A stretch of DNA of 64,000 nucleotides. Origin: Oikopleura dioica (taxonomy: Eukaryota > Animalia > Chordata). A program made the translations under genes and the position numbers. The stretch lies in NCBI GenBank assembly GCA_907165135.1, contig OU015566.1:7750001-7814000 (forward strand). Reading direction: 5' to 3'. Positions 61,148 through 64,000 of the stretch are shown here, piece after piece. Each line of letters opens with the position of its first letter. Within the stretch, counting starts at the first letter, position 1. The notes under the pieces were generated by a model. The model saw nothing but the letters and a program-made list of their open reading frames with translations, had not been told where the DNA came from and made no database searches.

Positions 61148-64000
61148 ATGGTTTCAATAAGTCAACTTGTTCATTATACTCATGATGTCGCGAAGCAGGT
61201 GCTTCTTGAGGCGAGAGAAAGGTCCAGGAAAACTGCGAATATAAAGGCTTTCATAGGTATGAAAATTCAATCAAAAAATCTACCACAATCATTCTTTAGC
61301 GGACAATGCTCTCACCCATCTGGCTTCGTACATCATGCAGCCGCCTCCCCCAGAGCTACTCAACCTATCCCTTTCCGTCTTTGCCAATTTACTGAGCGAC
61401 GAAGATGCCAAACGCCAAATCAACCGCGAACAAATTCAAGGACTCATCCGTCTCCTCGACGAAACAACTGCAGATGAAGACTTCGACGGCACACAAGAAG
61501 TTCAAATTGAAATGAAAGGGCGATTGATTCGAGCGCTGACGAATGTTGCCCAAGGAAGCGCCGCCAATCGCGATATTTTGGTCGAAAACGGCGCGTTCAA
61601 GAGCATCGGCGCAGCGACTCTTTCCGAAGAGAATCCCGACCTGTACGAGGTCGCCTGCCGAGCACTGAGAATCATTCCATCAGACGCAGTCCAGCGAAAA
61701 CTCGCAGCAACAACATGTGCGGAAATCCCGGCGAAGGCGCTACTCATGGATCGCAAAATCGCCAGGTCCGCCGTCAGAGCAGTTTCTAATCTGTCAAAAG
61801 CTATCAATCCGCATTTGACGTCATCCCTTCTCCATTACGATGGAAAGCCAATCAAGGTTCTTCTCAGAGCGATCACCTCTAGGTAAAGTTAAAACATGGG
61901 CATCATCGTAATTTTTTTTATTTTAGCCACTCAGATTGGTAATTTTTTATCTTTCATTTATCGATTTTACAAGATTTTCACTTTGCTTGAGCGTTTTCTA
62001 TTAATATTTTTCATTTAACGAACTTCATTTATTGACAATTACGATTTTTGATAATAACAATAATGCAATAAAAACTGACTCAAATCACGAGTTATCAAGT
62101 TCAATTGCGTGCGTTTATCAATTTATCAGAAAACAGTGCGAGACATCAGTCTCTTGAGTGAAGGGAAACAAAACAAGAGACGATGGGATCAGAATAAAAG
62201 TCATTGAAATCAAATTCAGGACAATTTCGACGCGCCAGGATGCACTCAGTGCAGTTTTACGGCTGACCCAGAGAGTCGGAGCGCTACGACCGAAGATTTG
62301 CTCCTACGGCGGTCTGCAGCTCTTCAAAGCTAACTTAGAGAAAACGGGAGGCGGGTACACTCGTTTCGGGATCCCCTTCCTCCGCTCAATTTGCTGCTGC
62401 ATTAGAGAAGCAATAAATCGAAAGAAAGTGCGAGAAATTGGCTGCCTGAGAAACTTTTCGAAAATTCTTGAAAAGCCAATTACTTCGGAAACAAAACCGC
62501 TGGCGGAAGGAGATGAGTGGATTCTGATGGCAAAAGCGATTGTTCTGACTTCGCTCACGAACTTTTATTATGACGATGAAGGGATAACGGAAATGATATC
62601 GTTGGATTTTGCTTCGTCGATTGCTACTCTCGTAAGTTCTGAAGCCATTATCTCAGTTTACTTTTCCAAATATATATGAAATAATAAAATAAAAAATATA
62701 ATTTCAAATAAAATTTGATTACAATCGACTTTAACAGTTGCACAATAATAAGCAAAAATACATTTATTTCAAATATTCTTGTGCTGCATAACGATGTCGG
62801 TTAATAACTGCTCCTTCCTAAAGGCTTGAGTTTCATTTTAATTTTTCGTCAGTGAAGAATCGTTATATTCATTTTCATGTCATTCTTCGAAAATTTTCGA
62901 ATTGTCTCGTAAATTATGATCTTCTATTTATGTAAAAAATTCCAAATGTAATCTTGTCTCCCTCTTTATGGCGTGAGCAAGCATTATCCAATTTCACGCA
63001 AATTTATGAAACCAAGTGATGCTAGAACCAATTTCAAAGAAATCAATGAATTTTCAGCTTCCTGAAACACTGATCGACATCGCCGAAAGCCCAGATGCAC
63101 CGACCGACTACGACCATCAAATTGCTGCTAGCTCCGATTTGCCCACCGCTTTCAACAAAGTAGACCTCGTTGCTCCTCTAACCGCGCCGCAGAATTCCGT
63201 CCAGAAGATGAAAAGACTTCAAAGTAGCTCTTCGTCTGATGAGTCTTTTGAATCAGGTCTTAGCCCTCCCAGCTCGCCTGTCAGAAGAGCATTCAAAAGA
63301 AGAAAACGCAGTCATAGAACTTGGAGCAGTAGCTCTGACGAAAGTCTCGGAACTCCTGGATTGCCCGCTTCTCGCGATCGCTTATCAGCAATTGAAGCTT
63401 CGCCCGACCGAAGCAGATCTGCAAGCCCCTTGTCAATTTTACCTACTCCACCTCCAACACCTAATCATGAGCCAACCCAAACTCCCCCTGTGCAAGAAAA
63501 AGTCTCGAATAAACTGACTCAGGAAGAAGCCGCGATTACAATTCTCAACAGATTCATGATGGTCAAACCAAACGAAACAATCGAGCAATTATCAAAGCCA
63601 GAAGTCATCATTGCGATATTTTCGTACATCAGCAAAGGCGGCCAGCTGAATTGGATAATTCAGAAGATCATGGAAAGCATCATCTCAAAGGGAAAATTTA
63701 GCAATCTTCTGATCGCAAATTTCATGACCGTCTTGGCAAAGACAATCGAAGACCGATACACTCTTGATCTCCCGGAAGACAAAAAGGACGATCTTCTTTG
63801 CAACATCACTGCGAAATGGATAGAAGAATTTGTTGTTGCTTCAAGAGAACATATTTTCACAATAGACGCTTGGCTAGAAGCCGGAGAGGATGATCAACAA
63901 CTGGCGGTGGCGCGAACGATTCCATTTTTGCTCAGTGACGAGTCTAACTGGCTTCATTTGCCGGCTTCTTTCGATATTTTAAAAGTGAGTGTAAAAGGGA
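61148..64000 (+). CDS. ARMC5: Armadillo repeat-containing protein 5-like (partial, continues beyond the window)
   Basis: ARM repeats (RALTNVA, RAVSNLS); SICCCIREAINRKKVRE and SLTNFYYDDEG match the ARMC5 segment CREAINRARLR..VGFLYD; open exon 63059-63985. Confidence 0.75.

Overview
Eukaryotic, gene-dense window, most likely from the appendicularian tunicate Oikopleura (dioica). This is inferred from very short introns, GA/GG 5' splice donors, AG acceptors 1-25 nt before start codons (SL trans-splicing-like), tightly packed co-oriented genes, and lineage-type kelch-like and PLA2-like genes. Recognisable genes: a RING/Zn-finger ORF, a long Rap1GAP gene (with an intronic tRNA-Leu(CAG) and several MITEs), an SLC22 transporter, a matrin-type Zn-finger gene, an orphan low-complexity gene, a PLA2-like pseudoenzyme, a divergent PITP, kelch-like genes, an LRR gene, two tandem AP-1 sigma subunits, PP5, NTAN1, MTAP, prolyl 3-hydroxylase and the 5' part of ARMC5. 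Main discovery-level observation: an apparent series of hAT-like MITE insertions (NAGGG-type TIRs, 8-bp TSD) turning into non-canonical introns. It runs from a fresh 949-bp insertion with perfect 349-bp TIRs in an MTAP exon, through a 90-bp element whose removal as a GG-AG intron exactly restores a kelch-like ORF, to older GA-donor introns (Rap1GAP, MTAP, SLC22 x2, orphan gene). The ends of these older introns still base-pair in a fixed register (+3 pairs with -7, i.e. 2+6 = 8 nt, the TSD length). All gene models were built by eye without RNA data.
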